This document shows, one piece after another, positions 9,757-20,672 of a stretch of DNA of 64,000 nucleotides. This DNA comes from an uncultured Nitrospiraceae bacterium (GTDB lineage: Bacteria > Nitrospirota > Nitrospiria > Nitrospirales > Nitrospiraceae), in NCBI GenBank assembly GCA_963706325.1, contig CAVPLT010000002.1:32001-96000 (forward strand), in the 5' to 3' direction. The notes under the pieces were generated by a model that searched no databases, had not been told where the DNA came from, and saw only the letters and a program-made list of their open reading frames with translations. A program made the position numbers and the translations under genes. The number at the start of each line of letters is the position of its first letter. The first letter of the stretch is position 1.

Positions 9757-10251
9757 ATGAATGTGCCCATGAAAATTGCGGGCCGGACGCAGAAACCGCG
9801 TGCCGTCCAGAACGCCATCAGGCAACTTCGCTCAAAGCTGGTTCGCTCAAGGCTGAAATGGAGCACTCAGCGCGAGCAAATTGTGACCACATTCCTGGCT
9901 CAAAATCATGTCACGATCCGTGATCTCTATGTCTTACTTAACCGAAATGGGCAACGCACCCCGTTAGGGACGATTTATCGCACGATGCGGGTGTTATGCG
10001 ATGTCGGGTTTGCTCAAACGCGATGCTTTGGAGACAAAACGCAGTATGACAACATTTTCGTGAAGGGTGATCATGACCACCTGATCTGCACTCATTGCGG
10101 GCATATCGTCGAGTTCGAGGAGCCGACCATGGAGGGAATCCGGCAGGAGATTGCGGCGGAAAACGGGTTCAGTCTGACCGCTCGAAACGTCGAACTGTAT
10201 GGCATCTGCTTCCCTTGTCAGAACAAAGGAAGGGTGCCGCAAGCTCTGTAG
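9757..10251 (+). CDS. Fur family transcriptional regulator
   Basis: 'GTIYRTM', 'HDHLICTHCG', C-terminal 'YGICFPC'. Confidence 0.93.
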   Translation: MNVPMKIAGRTQKPRAVQNAIRQLRSKLVRSRLKWSTQREQIVTTFLAQNHVTIRDLYVLLNRNGQRTPLGTIYRTMRVLCDVGFAQTRCFGDKTQYDNIFVKGDHDHLICTHCGHIVEFEEPTMEGIRQEIAAENGFSLTARNVELYGICFPCQNKGRVPQAL

Positions 10252-10471
10252 TCAAAGAGAAGTGCGTACTGTGGATATCGAGGCGGTTACCCAGGATTTG
10301 GTTCAGCACTTCCCAAAGAATACATCGTCAACGGCAGTCCCGCTCGTGCCCATGATCGTCGTTCCCATGTTCCCTCGCTCAGCATCCCCACAGTACGTTG
10401 TAAGCGCTCAAACCCCAGGGTGATCGGCATTCACCAGACTTGCCGCGTGCTCAACGTCCTGCACATGAACT

Positions 10472-11337
10472 TGACCTAGCCCCGCCAAACTCCTCCAGCC
10501 ATAATAAGGATTCTCCCATCCGAGGAAGGAGAATCGATGAAGAAGAGCCGGTTCACGGAGGAGCAGATTATCGCCATTCTCAAGCCGCTGGAGGCGGGAC
10601 GTACGGTGGTGGAGTTGGGTCGCGAATACGCGGTGAGCGATGCGACACTCTATGCCTGGAAGGCCAAGTACGGGGGGATGACCGTCACGGAGGCGCGTCG
10701 GCTGCGCCAGCTGGAGGAGGAGAATCGGCGCCTGAAGCACTTGGTCGCGGATTTGAGTTTGGATAAAGAAGCGCTCAAGGCGGTGATCACAAAAAACGGC
10801 GGGAGCCTGTAGGACGGCGTGCGGAGGGGCACCGGCTCATCGCACAGGTTGGGATGAGTGAACGCCGGGCCTGCAGGCTATTGGGCATGGATCGGACCAG
10901 TTATCGCTACCAGGGGGATGCCACTGACCGGGATCAGCCGTTGCGCGATCACTTGGTGGAGCTGGCGCGGCACCGGCCCCGGTATGGCTATCGACGGCTG
11001 CGGGTCTTGCTTTGTCGGGCGGGCGGGCATTGCAATCACAAGCGGATCTATCGGCTGTACTGTGAAGCGGGCCTGACCGTTCGGTGCAGACGACGGAAAC
11101 GCCTCAGCCGAGCGATGCCACTCTTGCCCAGGCCCTTGCAGAAGCCCAATGAAGAGTGGGCGATGGATTTTATCAGTGATGGTCTGGCCAGTGGGCAAGC
11201 CATTCGGGCGTTGACGGTGCTCGATCACTTTACACGTGAGTGTGTGGCTATTGAAGTGGATACGTCCTTGTCTGGCGAGCGGGTAGCCCGTGTGCTCGGT
11301 CAGGCGGGAGCACGCCGGGGTTGGCCCCAGCGGTTCG
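10472..11337 (+). mobile_element. Truncated IS3-family insertion sequence (IS407-group-like)
   Basis: Left end TGACCTAGCCCC; orfA 'MKKSRFTEEQII'; A AAA AAC slippery site about 10790-10797; orfB breaks off after 'WPQR'; no right IR seen. Confidence 0.85.
10537..10812 (+). CDS. IS3 transposase OrfA
   Basis: HTH 'VSDATLYAWKAKYGG' and leucine zipper 'LRQLEEENRRLKHLVADLSLD'. Confidence 0.93.
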   Translation: MKKSRFTEEQIIAILKPLEAGRTVVELGREYAVSDATLYAWKAKYGGMTVTEARRLRQLEEENRRLKHLVADLSLDKEALKAVITKNGGSL

Positions 11338-11429
11338 ACGTGAGGCGGTACAGTACTGCAACCTTCCCAGCGAGCACCATGCTCGCATTCCAGATGCTCC
11401 GAATAATCGTGGTGAAGTCACGACCCTGA
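10854..11429 (+). pseudogene. IS3 transposase OrfB, C-terminally truncated
   Basis: 'RYGYRR', 'NHKRIYRLY', 'WAMDF' (first catalytic D); the DNG and E motifs are absent. Confidence 0.85.
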
Positions 11430-11461
11430 ATAGGGTCAAAGATTGGACAGTTCGGGAGGCG

Positions 11462-12742
11462 CTATCGTGAAAACGTCGGGAGGAGTCGTTGTCGCAGATG
11501 AGCCTGTCGCTTGAGCCACCACATACGGAGGGCCGTCACGTACAGCACCGAGGGGAGAAAGCCGCTAAGAAGCACGATCCATCGTCCTGTCAGTCCGAAG
11601 GCTTCGCCGTTGTGGAGGGGAAAGAGCCAGGCGACAAAGGTTTCGCCCTTCGTGAAGGTTCGCCAGTCCTGTAGGCGAAGTACGGCTCCGCTATATTGGT
11701 CGATCCAGATTTCGCTTTGCCCCTCGGCTTCGCGTACCTCACCCGGTTGGCGCAGTCCGACCGTAAACACATCTTCCGCGCGGGAAGGAAATCCAATCCA
11801 CATGACCTTGGCATTGGGCAAGGCGCGTTGAGCGATGGCTACGGCCTCCGTCACCGGTAGCCGATCGGCTTCACTGCGAGGAGTGGAATGGGGCTCAGTC
11901 TCCGGCGTCGTATCGCGTAGCGGGGAGAACAGCCTCACCGTGGAGGTCACGAGGCCCGGGAAGATGAGATAGAATCCGGTGCCGGCGAGCATGAGAAGAA
12001 CTAGGGCACCGGAAATCCCACTGAGCTTGTGGAGATCGTACTGGCGTCGGATCGTGCTCGATCCTGGTTTGAAGGAGAACGCGCGGCGCACATTTCCAGT
12101 GGACGGCCACCAGAGATAAATCCCTGTACCCACGGAAAGAAACAAAATGAAGGCTAACACCCCGATGATGGTTTCTCCTGTCTCTTCCAACAGCAACGAT
12201 TTGTGGAGTTCGTAGACGACTGACACAAAGTAGTCGCCCCATTGCCGCTCGCCTAACGCGAGGCCGCTGTAGGGATCGACTGTGACGACTTGCCAGCGTA
12301 ATGTGGAAGAAGTGTCTTTTGGAACTCGAAACCAGGCCTGAAATGTGTCCCGATAATGAAGAGGATAGGTGAGGTTCGCCAAGGTCGGCCATTCGGGATG
12401 TATGGTTTGGGCTGCTGCGACAATGTGTTCAAGCGGAAGAACCGATTCGAGCGGGCGAACCAGCAGTTGTTCAGGATTCAGCCATTCATCGATGGTTTTA
12501 TAGAAGACCAGCAGACTGCCAGTAAGACTGCTCAGCACGAATAGGCCGCCTGCACCCAAGCCAATGTAGAGATGCAGTTTGAGCCAGAACTTTCGCCAGG
12601 TTGCGCGATGAGTTTGCGCCGTCGAGCTGGCAGTACTGGACGGAACGAGAGCTTGCTTTGCCTGAGGCGGAGTGGTTTTCAGACGTTTAATGTGTTCAAC
12701 AATCATCATTGGTATCTGGAGAGAGTGGACATCGTAAGTCAC
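11462..12742 (-). CDS. PepSY-associated TM helix domain protein
   Basis: 'WLKLHLYIGL', 'LTGSLLVF', 'YELHKSLL', 'YDLHKLSG', 'FPLHNG'; true start may lie further downstream. Confidence 0.92.
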   Translation of the reverse strand: MTYDVHSLQIPMMIVEHIKRLKTTPPQAKQALVPSSTASSTAQTHRATWRKFWLKLHLYIGLGAGGLFVLSSLTGSLLVFYKTIDEWLNPEQLLVRPLESVLPLEHIVAAAQTIHPEWPTLANLTYPLHYRDTFQAWFRVPKDTSSTLRWQVVTVDPYSGLALGERQWGDYFVSVVYELHKSLLLEETGETIIGVLAFILFLSVGTGIYLWWPSTGNVRRAFSFKPGSSTIRRQYDLHKLSGISGALVLLMLAGTGFYLIFPGLVTSTVRLFSPLRDTTPETEPHSTPRSEADRLPVTEAVAIAQRALPNAKVMWIGFPSRAEDVFTVGLRQPGEVREAEGQSEIWIDQYSGAVLRLQDWRTFTKGETFVAWLFPLHNGEAFGLTGRWIVLLSGFLPSVLYVTALRMWWLKRQAHLRQRLLPTFSR

Positions 12743-12919
12743 CGGCTCTGTACCCCTGTATACAGAGAGACCCTCATTTATTATTAGACGTATGAGAGCA
12801 GCGAAGTCACACCGATGTACAGGCGATCAGCCTTTTTTCTATACGATGCTTCATGCTGGCCTGACAGGCATCGAGTGCTGAGGGCATGCCGGCATGTGCG
12901 AACGTGAACGGACTGTTGC

Positions 12920-13464
12920 ATGAAGATCGTGATCGTAGGGAATAGCGGAAGCGGCAAGACTTGGTTGGCGAATCCCCTGGCGACGGTCTATTTCGCACCA
13001 ATCGTCCACCTCGATGACCTGTTCTGGGGACCTGGTGGATTCGACAAGCAGCGAAGTCGTGATGAGATCATGTCGCTTATCGAACAAAGCCAATCACGTT
13101 CGACCTGGATAGTGGAAGGAGTCTTTGGTGAATTGGCTGCGGAGTATATCTCGGCGGCGACGGCGTTCGTCTGGCTGGATCTTGATTGGTATGTATGTAA
13201 GGCTCGACTGGAACGGCGAGGGTCTGAAAGCAACACTCATATGGCGAGAGCGCAGTCGCAAGCGGGCTTGGCTCAGCTGATTGAATGGGCGCGCAGTATT
13301 ACAACCGAACGGACAGCCGATCTCGTTATGGTCATGCGACGATGTTTCAGGCCCTTAAGGGAATTTGCATCCGTCTTCAAAGTCAGGCTGCGATTGTTGC
13401 GTTCTTAGATGAGCCAGGTCGCAGAACTCAAGACGGCAGTGATTGGCTGTCAAGGACTGAATGA
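12920..13464 (+). pseudogene. Adenylate-kinase-like/FlaR-like P-loop protein with a C-terminal frameshift
   Basis: 'IVGNSGSGKT', 'HLDDLFW', 'WIVEG'; after a shift at about 13290 it reads QYYNRTDSRSRYGH...RLQSQAAIVAFL. Confidence 0.7.
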
Positions 13465-13695
13465 ATCAAATGACTATGCGTTGCGTAAGATTTTCCTAAC
13501 AAAAGCGTCCGGGAGCCACCGGCTCAGCCAGCAGTCAATGGATTGAGGTGCCTAGACCTGGGCCCGGCACACTGCCTCGCGGACGGTGAGAGTGCTCTAC
13601 AGCCCGGTCGGAAACCGCTAGGGAGGTGAGGTTTCGTCAATCTCAAACGTCATAGTACTGAAAGGTAATGGCCTTCATCCACTTGTGAGAATGAG

Positions 13696-13872
13696 ATGAG
13701 CGATAAAGCAGACCTGCCTGCATCCGGAAAAGATGTCCGTTGCATCTGTGGCCGAATGACGGCACGACTGGAACCCGAAGGACTGGTGATCAAATGCCAG
13801 CGGTGTGGAAAGTTGGTGGTGATCTCCCTCTCGAAGATCAAAGGTCTAAAGAAATTGCTCAATCTGCCATAA
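13696..13872 (+). CDS. Small Com-like zinc-ribbon protein (58 aa; not in the ORF track)
   Basis: MSDKADLPASGKDVRCICGRMTARLEPEGLVIKCQRCGKLVVI...; CxC ... IKCxRC. Confidence 0.7.
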   Translation: MSDKADLPASGKDVRCICGRMTARLEPEGLVIKCQRCGKLVVISLSKIKGLKKLLNLP

Positions 13873-14034
13873 GCTGTCGATATCGTTGCACCGGGTAATC
13901 GTGAAGGAAGCCAATACCGCGCGGCTCGTCCTTTCCGTTCGACTACCTGATCGCCGTCCTTTATACGCCCGCCTCGAGTCGAGGCCGGCGTAGTGCGTTG
14001 TGCGGGCACCTGCCTTAATAGTTCCGACCCTGTC

Positions 14035-16617
14035 TCAATGGAATTCGAATTTGAGCGACCCGATTACTGTGAACGGCGCTCCGGTGTATACGATCTCGCG
14101 GAAGTTTTGCGCCCCGGTGAAGTAGCGTTGATCGAGCAGATTCGTGAAATTCAGCGCGGCGAGTAGGTTTGTTTTGTTAAACACTTCCTGCTTCCGATAG
14201 TACAAGGCGGCATCCATCCGAACAAAGCCTGGCAGGTCGAAAGGAGCTTGGCAGTTGGCCGGGTCCTGACATTGGAAGATCCCGTTCCGTTTGCCTTGCG
14301 CGTATATGCCGATTCCGGCCCCAAAACCCTTCACGACTCCTTCTTGAAAGAAATACGTGGTCCACAAGCTTCCCTGATGCAGCGCGCTATTCGGCACGCG
14401 GCTATTTTCCTGAAACAGAACATCTTTGGTAACGCGCGCGTCGATGTAAGCGTAGTTCGCAATGATATCCCATCCGGGCAGGATTTTACCGGCAATGTCA
14501 AATTCAACTCCTTTGCTGCGTTGCTCTCCGGTCGCCACAGAGAAAAAGAAGCCATTCAAGGGATCGGACGTCAACACATTTTTTTTGGTGATGTTGAACA
14601 GAGCCACCGTGGACCGTAATCTTCCTTCGAATGCTTGGTACTTGATGCCCCCTTCATAGGACTTTCCACGCTCAGGGTTGAACAGCTTTCCGTCGATACT
14701 TCTGGATCCTGAGCTTTGAGGTGCGAATGACTCCGTGTAGTTGGCGAAGAGTGCGATCGGCTTCCATGGCTGATAGGCCAATCCGATCGATGGACTGAAT
14801 GCGGTATTGGTTTGCGTGTTCTGACTGCTTGTGGGGGTGAAATCATCCGGATTGTTATTGATAGTCTGATCAAACAGATCGAAACGTCCGCCGAAATGCA
14901 TATGCAGGTTCTCAAGAAGATCGACCTGATCGCCGAAATATGCCCCTAGGATATTGTTCGTTTGAGAAGCATCGCTGAACTTCGTGAGGGATGGGTTCAA
15001 AAACAGCTTGTCGTTGGGATAGAAGATATTGATGTAGCTAAACGCTCCTGGTGTAGTGGTATCGCCACCGAAATCACCGGAGGCCGTTGCCGATGAAACC
15101 TCTCGTCCCAGTTCGACGCCCAAAATTGTTTTGTGTTTGATCGAACCCGTCGAAAATATACCGTGTAATTCGTTCTGGAAATAGTGGCTTTGAACCGTCG
15201 TCGGAATTTCATATCTCGCCAGGTTGAGGATTCCCGCGCTTTCTTCTCCGACCAAAAAGTTGGATTCAAGGCTTGAGTATCGAGCGGTTGTGACGGATGC
15301 CCTAAAGGCGCTGCGCCATTTGAACATGTCATTGATCTCGTGCCACAAAGTGAGAGTCGCCTTCCCGTTCTGCGTTTCATTCTTTCTCGTCGGATCGCCT
15401 AAAAATCGACTGACTGGAATAGGCGCCACGCCGTTGCCGATCGCGACTAATCCTCTGTCGATAGGCGACTTGTCATAGAGGTATTCACCTTCCAACCGTA
15501 ATGTGGTGCGTGAGCTGAGTTCCCAGCCGAAGGTCGGCGCGATAAAAATGCGTTCACTCTTAACGCCATCCCGATAACTCTCCGCCGATTCATACATGCC
15601 ATTGAACCGGTAGGTTAACGTTTTGCTGTCGTTCAACGGTCCCCCAATGTCGATCTGAGGTCGATACAGCCCGTAACTGCCGATGAGCATTTCAGCGGAA
15701 TAGTATTGGCTTTTTAACGGAGCTTTCGTGGTTTGATTGATGACACCACCTGGATCGGACCGACCGTAGAGATAGGAGGGGGGGCCTTTGACTACCTCAA
15801 TGCTTTCGATATTGATGATGTCGCGTTGCGCGCGAGAGCTGAACGTGCTGTCGTCCCGAAAGCCGTTCTTAAATACGTTCAGCTCGGAGGCGAACCCGCG
15901 AATCATAAACGTGCCGCCTTGGCCGCCCTGGGTGCTTGACTGGGACGTGCCGCTCACATTTCGAAGCGCATCGCTGAAGCGGATGACCTTTTGATCATCC
16001 AGTACTTGTCTGGTCACCACATCAACAGACCTTGGTGTGTCGTGGATAGGAACGGTAATTCGGGTGGCCGAGGAAGAATCATCGACCGTATAACCACGCT
16101 CCTCAAGATCTTTCACGACAATCTCGGGGACCTTGACCGGTTTTGATGTGGCTTGCATTTGCGTTTTAGGATTGTTGGAAGGTGCGGCGGAAGTTTGGTT
16201 TAGGCCTATTGGCACCGGAAGGGGCACAATCGGGGCGCGTTCCAAAGTCATCGTGCGTGCCTCAGTCAAACGATAGGTCAGTCCGGTGCCAGCCAGCAAT
16301 GAGCTGAGAGCCTATTCGGGTGTGTGACGGCCGGTGATGCCATTGCTGTTCATGCCTTCCGTCATGTCCGAGGTGACGAGCAGGCGGTAGTTCGCCTGAT
16401 CGGCGAAGGAGGTGATCGCCGAGCCCAGGGTCTGAGGCGGACCACTGAATTCAATCGGTTCTGGCTTGTCTGTGACTCCTGTGGCCTGCGCGACGCGAAT
16501 CATCTGGCCAGCGGCCGCATTCGGATACTGTCCATCGCTGAGAGCCCATGTGAAGTCTGCATGAGCAAAGAATGCCAATGCAGAAATTGTCATATACGCA
16601 GACCATGGTCGTTGCAT
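14035..16617 (-). pseudogene. TonB-dependent siderophore receptor with N-terminal signalling (STN) domain, interrupted by one in-frame TAG
   Basis: ORFs 16312-16617 and 14035-16299 are in the same frame; the junction reads TPE*ALSSLLAGTGL; plug motifs 'IRGF' and 'IEVVKGP..YLYG..DPGGVIN'. Confidence 0.9.
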
Positions 16618-16814
16618 TGTTCCCCCTCGATGTCTTGTGGCCCTAAAATTCCTGTTCCTTCGGTCTTAATCAGGAACAAGGTCACATCAGGTATAGACGG
16701 ACGGGGTCAAAAAACTTGTAATGAAAAATATGACAAATGGAGAATTTGACCAAAAAAGCGGAAGGACGGAGCGAGAAATGAGGAGCGCCAGAATATTCGT
16801 TTAACAGATACCAG

Positions 16815-17792
16815 TCAGTGAAGAAGAACCAGATAGGGGGATAGGGCAGTTTCGTGAATAGAGAGCGTCCGATGAATCGTCCGCAGCGCCGCATCCGGAT
16901 CAGCCACGTCAAACACCCCGGTGACCCTCAACGGCCGGAGGGTTGGATTCAAAATAACGATGCGTCCGCGACGATAACGATTGAGCTCGTCGACGACTTC
17001 TTCCAACGGTCTGGCCTCGAAAATGAGTTTGCCTCGCCGCCATGCGATTTCCCTATTCATGTCGACTGCATGCACCTCACCCAAGCCGTGACTGTTGGAA
17101 AAGGACACTTGTTGGCCTTCCTTGATGATGAGGGGTGACGTTGTGGTGCTTTCAGATGTTTCGACCTGGACCGCGTGCTCCAGGACTGTGACCGAATTCC
17201 GGTTTTCTTGGAGGCGCACCGAAAAAATTGTACCAAGCGCGTGGGCGTAAAGTGAGTCGCTACGGACCGTAAAGGGGCGATCTGGATCCCTGGCTACTGT
17301 AAATGCCGCTTCCCCCTGGAGGAGACGGATGTCTCGATTATCATCCGAGAAAGTGACATTGACCGCCGTGCCGGTATTCAACTGAATGGTGCTCCCATCC
17401 TCCAGGGTCACCATGCGTTGCTCCCCCACGGCCGTCTGATAATCTGCGGTCGCCGACCGGATCCACACTCCAATTGATTCCATGAAGAACAGGCCAGTGA
17501 ATAGTACGATGCAGGCTGCGAGAGCCCAGGCAGTTCTATCGGAGCGTTGATGAGATCCTTTGGGCAGAGGGGGGGAACTGCGAGAGGGGAGGTGCCCGAT
17601 ATCTTCCCATATCGACTCAGCCGTCCGATAGGCCCGCTCATGGGTAAGGCTCCGCCTCCGCCATGCGTCACACTCCGCCTGGATACCCTCTGAGACCCGG
17701 CCAGAGTGAATGCGAACCAGCCACTCAAGCGCCTCATCAATGAGGGGATCAGCCGATTTCGAGATGGTGTGAGGTGGGGAATCTTCAGGCAT
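16815..17792 (-). CDS. fecR: FecR family anti-sigma/sensor protein
   Basis: 'EALEWLVR', TM, 'LEDGSTIQLNT', 'ALGT.F', 'AWRRGKLIF'. Confidence 0.95.
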   Translation of the reverse strand: MPEDSPPHTISKSADPLIDEALEWLVRIHSGRVSEGIQAECDAWRRRSLTHERAYRTAESIWEDIGHLPSRSSPPLPKGSHQRSDRTAWALAACIVLFTGLFFMESIGVWIRSATADYQTAVGEQRMVTLEDGSTIQLNTGTAVNVTFSDDNRDIRLLQGEAAFTVARDPDRPFTVRSDSLYAHALGTIFSVRLQENRNSVTVLEHAVQVETSESTTTSPLIIKEGQQVSFSNSHGLGEVHAVDMNREIAWRRGKLIFEARPLEEVVDELNRYRRGRIVILNPTLRPLRVTGVFDVADPDAALRTIHRTLSIHETALSPYLVLLH

Positions 17793-17896
17793 CCGTTATT
17801 CCGTCCTATCAGCGGTGGACTTGTTCGTCGACCGACTAGGGCCTTGCTACCCTATAAGACGGATTGAGGGGCGTTTTCAACAGTTAACGGTTCGCA

Positions 17897-18409
17897 TCAC
17901 GGCTGATCCTGTAGTCTCGATCGACAATGCTTCAAGGCCTGTATGATGTATTTGGCAACCATACTCTCCGATACCCCGAGTTCGTGGGCAATTTCTCTAT
18001 GCGTTTTCCCATCCAATCTGTTGAGTAGTAACGCGCGTCTGCACTTGACGGAGAGCTCCTGCATCGCAGCTTCTAACAGGATCACTCGTTGTTTAGCGTC
18101 CAGTGCGTCTTCGGCGGTTGGGGCCAGACTGGCTGTCTCTTCCTGCAGCGGCTCAATACTCAGTACGCTCCTGCGAGTCCTCACCTTTCGTAAATAGTCG
18201 ATAGACAAATTGGCTGCTACGCGGAAGAGAAACGCTCGGGGGTTCTGAACGGTGATCGTCTGTCCCATGCGCACAAGATGGATATAGGTTTCCTGCGTGC
18301 AATCAGCCGCAAGGTCGCGGCACCCTAACTTGTGCGTAAAGAAACGCAGGAGATCATGGTGATGTTCTTGAAAAGCGGAAAGGCAAGGGAGTGCGTGATC
18401 AGTTTCCAT
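17897..18409 (-). CDS. FecI-like ECF sigma factor
   Basis: 'AADCTQET', 'RAFLFRVAANL.ID', region 4 'REIAHELGVS'; adjacent to fecR. Confidence 0.93.
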   Translation of the reverse strand: METDHALPCLSAFQEHHHDLLRFFTHKLGCRDLAADCTQETYIHLVRMGQTITVQNPRAFLFRVAANLSIDYLRKVRTRRSVLSIEPLQEETASLAPTAEDALDAKQRVILLEAAMQELSVKCRRALLLNRLDGKTHREIAHELGVSESMVAKYIIQALKHCRSRLQDQP

Positions 18410-18418
18410 GTCGAGATC

Positions 18419-19354
18419 CTATTCCAGGCGATAGCCGATGGGAAGTTGTACAACAACGTATGGTTGGCTCAGCGAATGCTTCAGTGATATCGGGGAGGTC
18501 TGCTCTAACAGGTTGATGGCTTCTTGGTCCAGTGTCGAATGTCCAGAGCTCTTTAGGACGGTGATATTTTCTACCCGTCCGTCCTCCATTACGGTGGCCT
18601 GCAGTACAACGTGCCCTTCCCATCGGTGGGTTTTGGCTGTCTGAGGGTATCGTTTGAGCTGTTCCACCTTCGTGAATAACATCTGGGCGAGCCATCCGTA
18701 ATCAGGCTGAAGTGTCTGCGATACGATTGAGTCACGATACTGAGGGAGAGGACGATTCGAGACGCTCAGCGGCTGCTGAACCGAAGGCTCGGAAGCCAAA
18801 AGTGAGTGATTTGATGCGTCGATTTCAGGCGGTGGTATCTCACCTGAAATGGGCTCAGCCACTGGAAACACCGCAGCCAATTCTGGAACCGAGACATTCT
18901 GTTCTTCGCGGGGCGTCAATGGTTCAGGAGAGGCTACCTCTGGAGGATTCTGCATTTCATGCGCCCTCGCGCTTTTGCGGAGTGAGGTGCGCTTTGCTAT
19001 ATGGGCGCGTGGAAGTTCGTGGGATGGCAAGTCTGAAGGCGCCGCCCCTGTCGGGGAGCTGGCGGTAATTATTTTCTGAGACGCGGTCTCTGGCGGATTG
19101 GCCTGCGGGGACCCAGCATCAGGCGTTACTCGACGATGGGCCGATGCGGCAGAGACCGGAGTGGGGAGGTCGGAGCTGAGCCACTCGGGGTGAGAGGCGG
19201 CGACCAGGAAAACCTCCCATTGAAAAGGCTTTTCGCGAGAAAGGATGGAAAATTCTGCCGCAAGGACCATAGCAGTTCCAATGCCCAGGGCATGCAGTAA
19301 TAAGGACAACATCCAGCTCCCTACTGTCGCCAGAGGATCACGATCCACGCTCAT
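18419..19354 (-). CDS. TonB family protein (second paralog)
   Basis: TM 'SLLLH', 'PDYGWL', 'YP..A....WEG', 'SSGH..LD'; ATG 19354 overlaps the AraC stop. Confidence 0.88.
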   Translation of the reverse strand: MSVDRDPLATVGSWMLSLLLHALGIGTAMVLAAEFSILSREKPFQWEVFLVAASHPEWLSSDLPTPVSAASAHRRVTPDAGSPQANPPETASQKIITASSPTGAAPSDLPSHELPRAHIAKRTSLRKSARAHEMQNPPEVASPEPLTPREEQNVSVPELAAVFPVAEPISGEIPPPEIDASNHSLLASEPSVQQPLSVSNRPLPQYRDSIVSQTLQPDYGWLAQMLFTKVEQLKRYPQTAKTHRWEGHVVLQATVMEDGRVENITVLKSSGHSTLDQEAINLLEQTSPISLKHSLSQPYVVVQLPIGYRLE

Positions 19355-19911
19355 TGAAAACCTAAATGCACAATGTTCTGTTTTCGAAATTCGGAAGGCG
19401 AACATCCCATGGCACGCTTGAAGAAGTGACTGAAAGCGAAGGAATCACTGAAGCCAAGCAGTTCCGCGATATGAGAGAGAGGTAGATCATGATCCATTAA
19501 CATGCCGGTGGCCTTGGTGATGCGTAGATTCTTGACATAATGCGAGAAACACACGCCCATTTGAAGGCGGAAGAATTCCGAACAATACTTTTGCGAATAG
19601 CCAAGGAAGGCAGAGAGATCTTTGAGCGTGACTCGCTCCCCCAGATGCTTGGACAAAAATATTTGTAAGCGATGCTGCATGGTGCCGGGCCCTGGTGATG
19701 GAGAGTCTTGGAGCGGATGTGGCCAGTAGGTATCTACAGAATAAGCCCGAGGCCGAACGATATCTTGTTCGATTCCACACACTGGCAGCACGCATGTGCG
19801 GGCCTGGCTGCAGTTTTCTAAATTATGGCGAGGAGAATCTTGGGCTAGAGCTGGTGCGAGCATATAGTTCTTGCCTCTTTCTTTCGTAATGAACAAAAAG
19901 CCCACGATCAT
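19351..19911 (-). CDS. AraC family regulator (mostly HTH, short N-terminal region)
   Basis: 'IAELLGFSDSFAFSHFFKRAMGCSPSEFRK'. Confidence 0.85.
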   Translation of the reverse strand: MIVGFLFITKERGKNYMLAPALAQDSPRHNLENCSQARTCVLPVCGIEQDIVRPRAYSVDTYWPHPLQDSPSPGPGTMQHRLQIFLSKHLGERVTLKDLSAFLGYSQKYCSEFFRLQMGVCFSHYVKNLRITKATGMLMDHDLPLSHIAELLGFSDSFAFSHFFKRAMGCSPSEFRKQNIVHLGFQ

Positions 19912-19978
19912 GGGACCGTGGGCTCTGGGAATTGTATTCCTCGGGCCGCTGCTGCTGACGCTGCAGAGACGACTACAT

Positions 19979-19999
19979 TATTGAGTATGGTTCTCAATA
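19979..19999. promoter_or_regulatory. Fur-box-like palindrome
   Basis: TATTGAG-TATGGTT-CTCAATA upstream of the AraC-tonB-fecIR-receptor cassette. Confidence 0.6.
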
Positions 20000-20672
20000 T
20001 CACGATGATTCCGAGCTTGTCAAGCGCTAGAGGACTCAAAGGAATGATCTTTCAGCAGAGACGGTCGACGGACTTCACCTCCGATGTCAAAGGCGACCAG
20101 CCCATCCTGGGATATGGGGTAAACACGTTCGGAAAGTAGGATGTCTAGATTCTGAAACAGCATGATGCAGTAGGCTTTTATTTTTTTAGCCAAAGGAAGA
20201 TTCTCGGTGAGGCGGCCCGAACTGCTCCTGACTCACCCTGGCCGATCGTTGTTCATGGTTGGGTAGCGTGTCCCGGGCAGGGGGATACTTAGATTGTCTA
20301 GCATGAGGACAGATCTGTTTAATTCAAAGATCAGGTTAGCCTTCCGGGGAACGTTATAAGTTCCTTCAATTACACAACCTTTGTTGTCCGTCTGCGATCA
20401 GGCAATCAGGTGTCCTCAGCCAACAGGAGCTATGTATCATCCCCCCTCCGGCTCTCAACTTCTGATCTCAGTCAGACAACCTCCATTTCCATCTAGATTT
20501 TCATATGCTTGGATCATGCTACATTGAGAACTGATAAGTAGTTTATCTCAACTTGATCCAATTCCGGAAAATGAACATGCGAATTTGGCACGCCTCGCGT
20601 GCAAGATTTCCATGTGCCTACGTCTTGCAGATTAGGTTCGAAGTCACAAACAATCATGGAAGCAAATGTGTA

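Noticed and set aside
16312..16314. Pyrrolysine recoding of the TAG
   Set aside because: No pyl genes in the window, and the position is a normal Gln/Glu site
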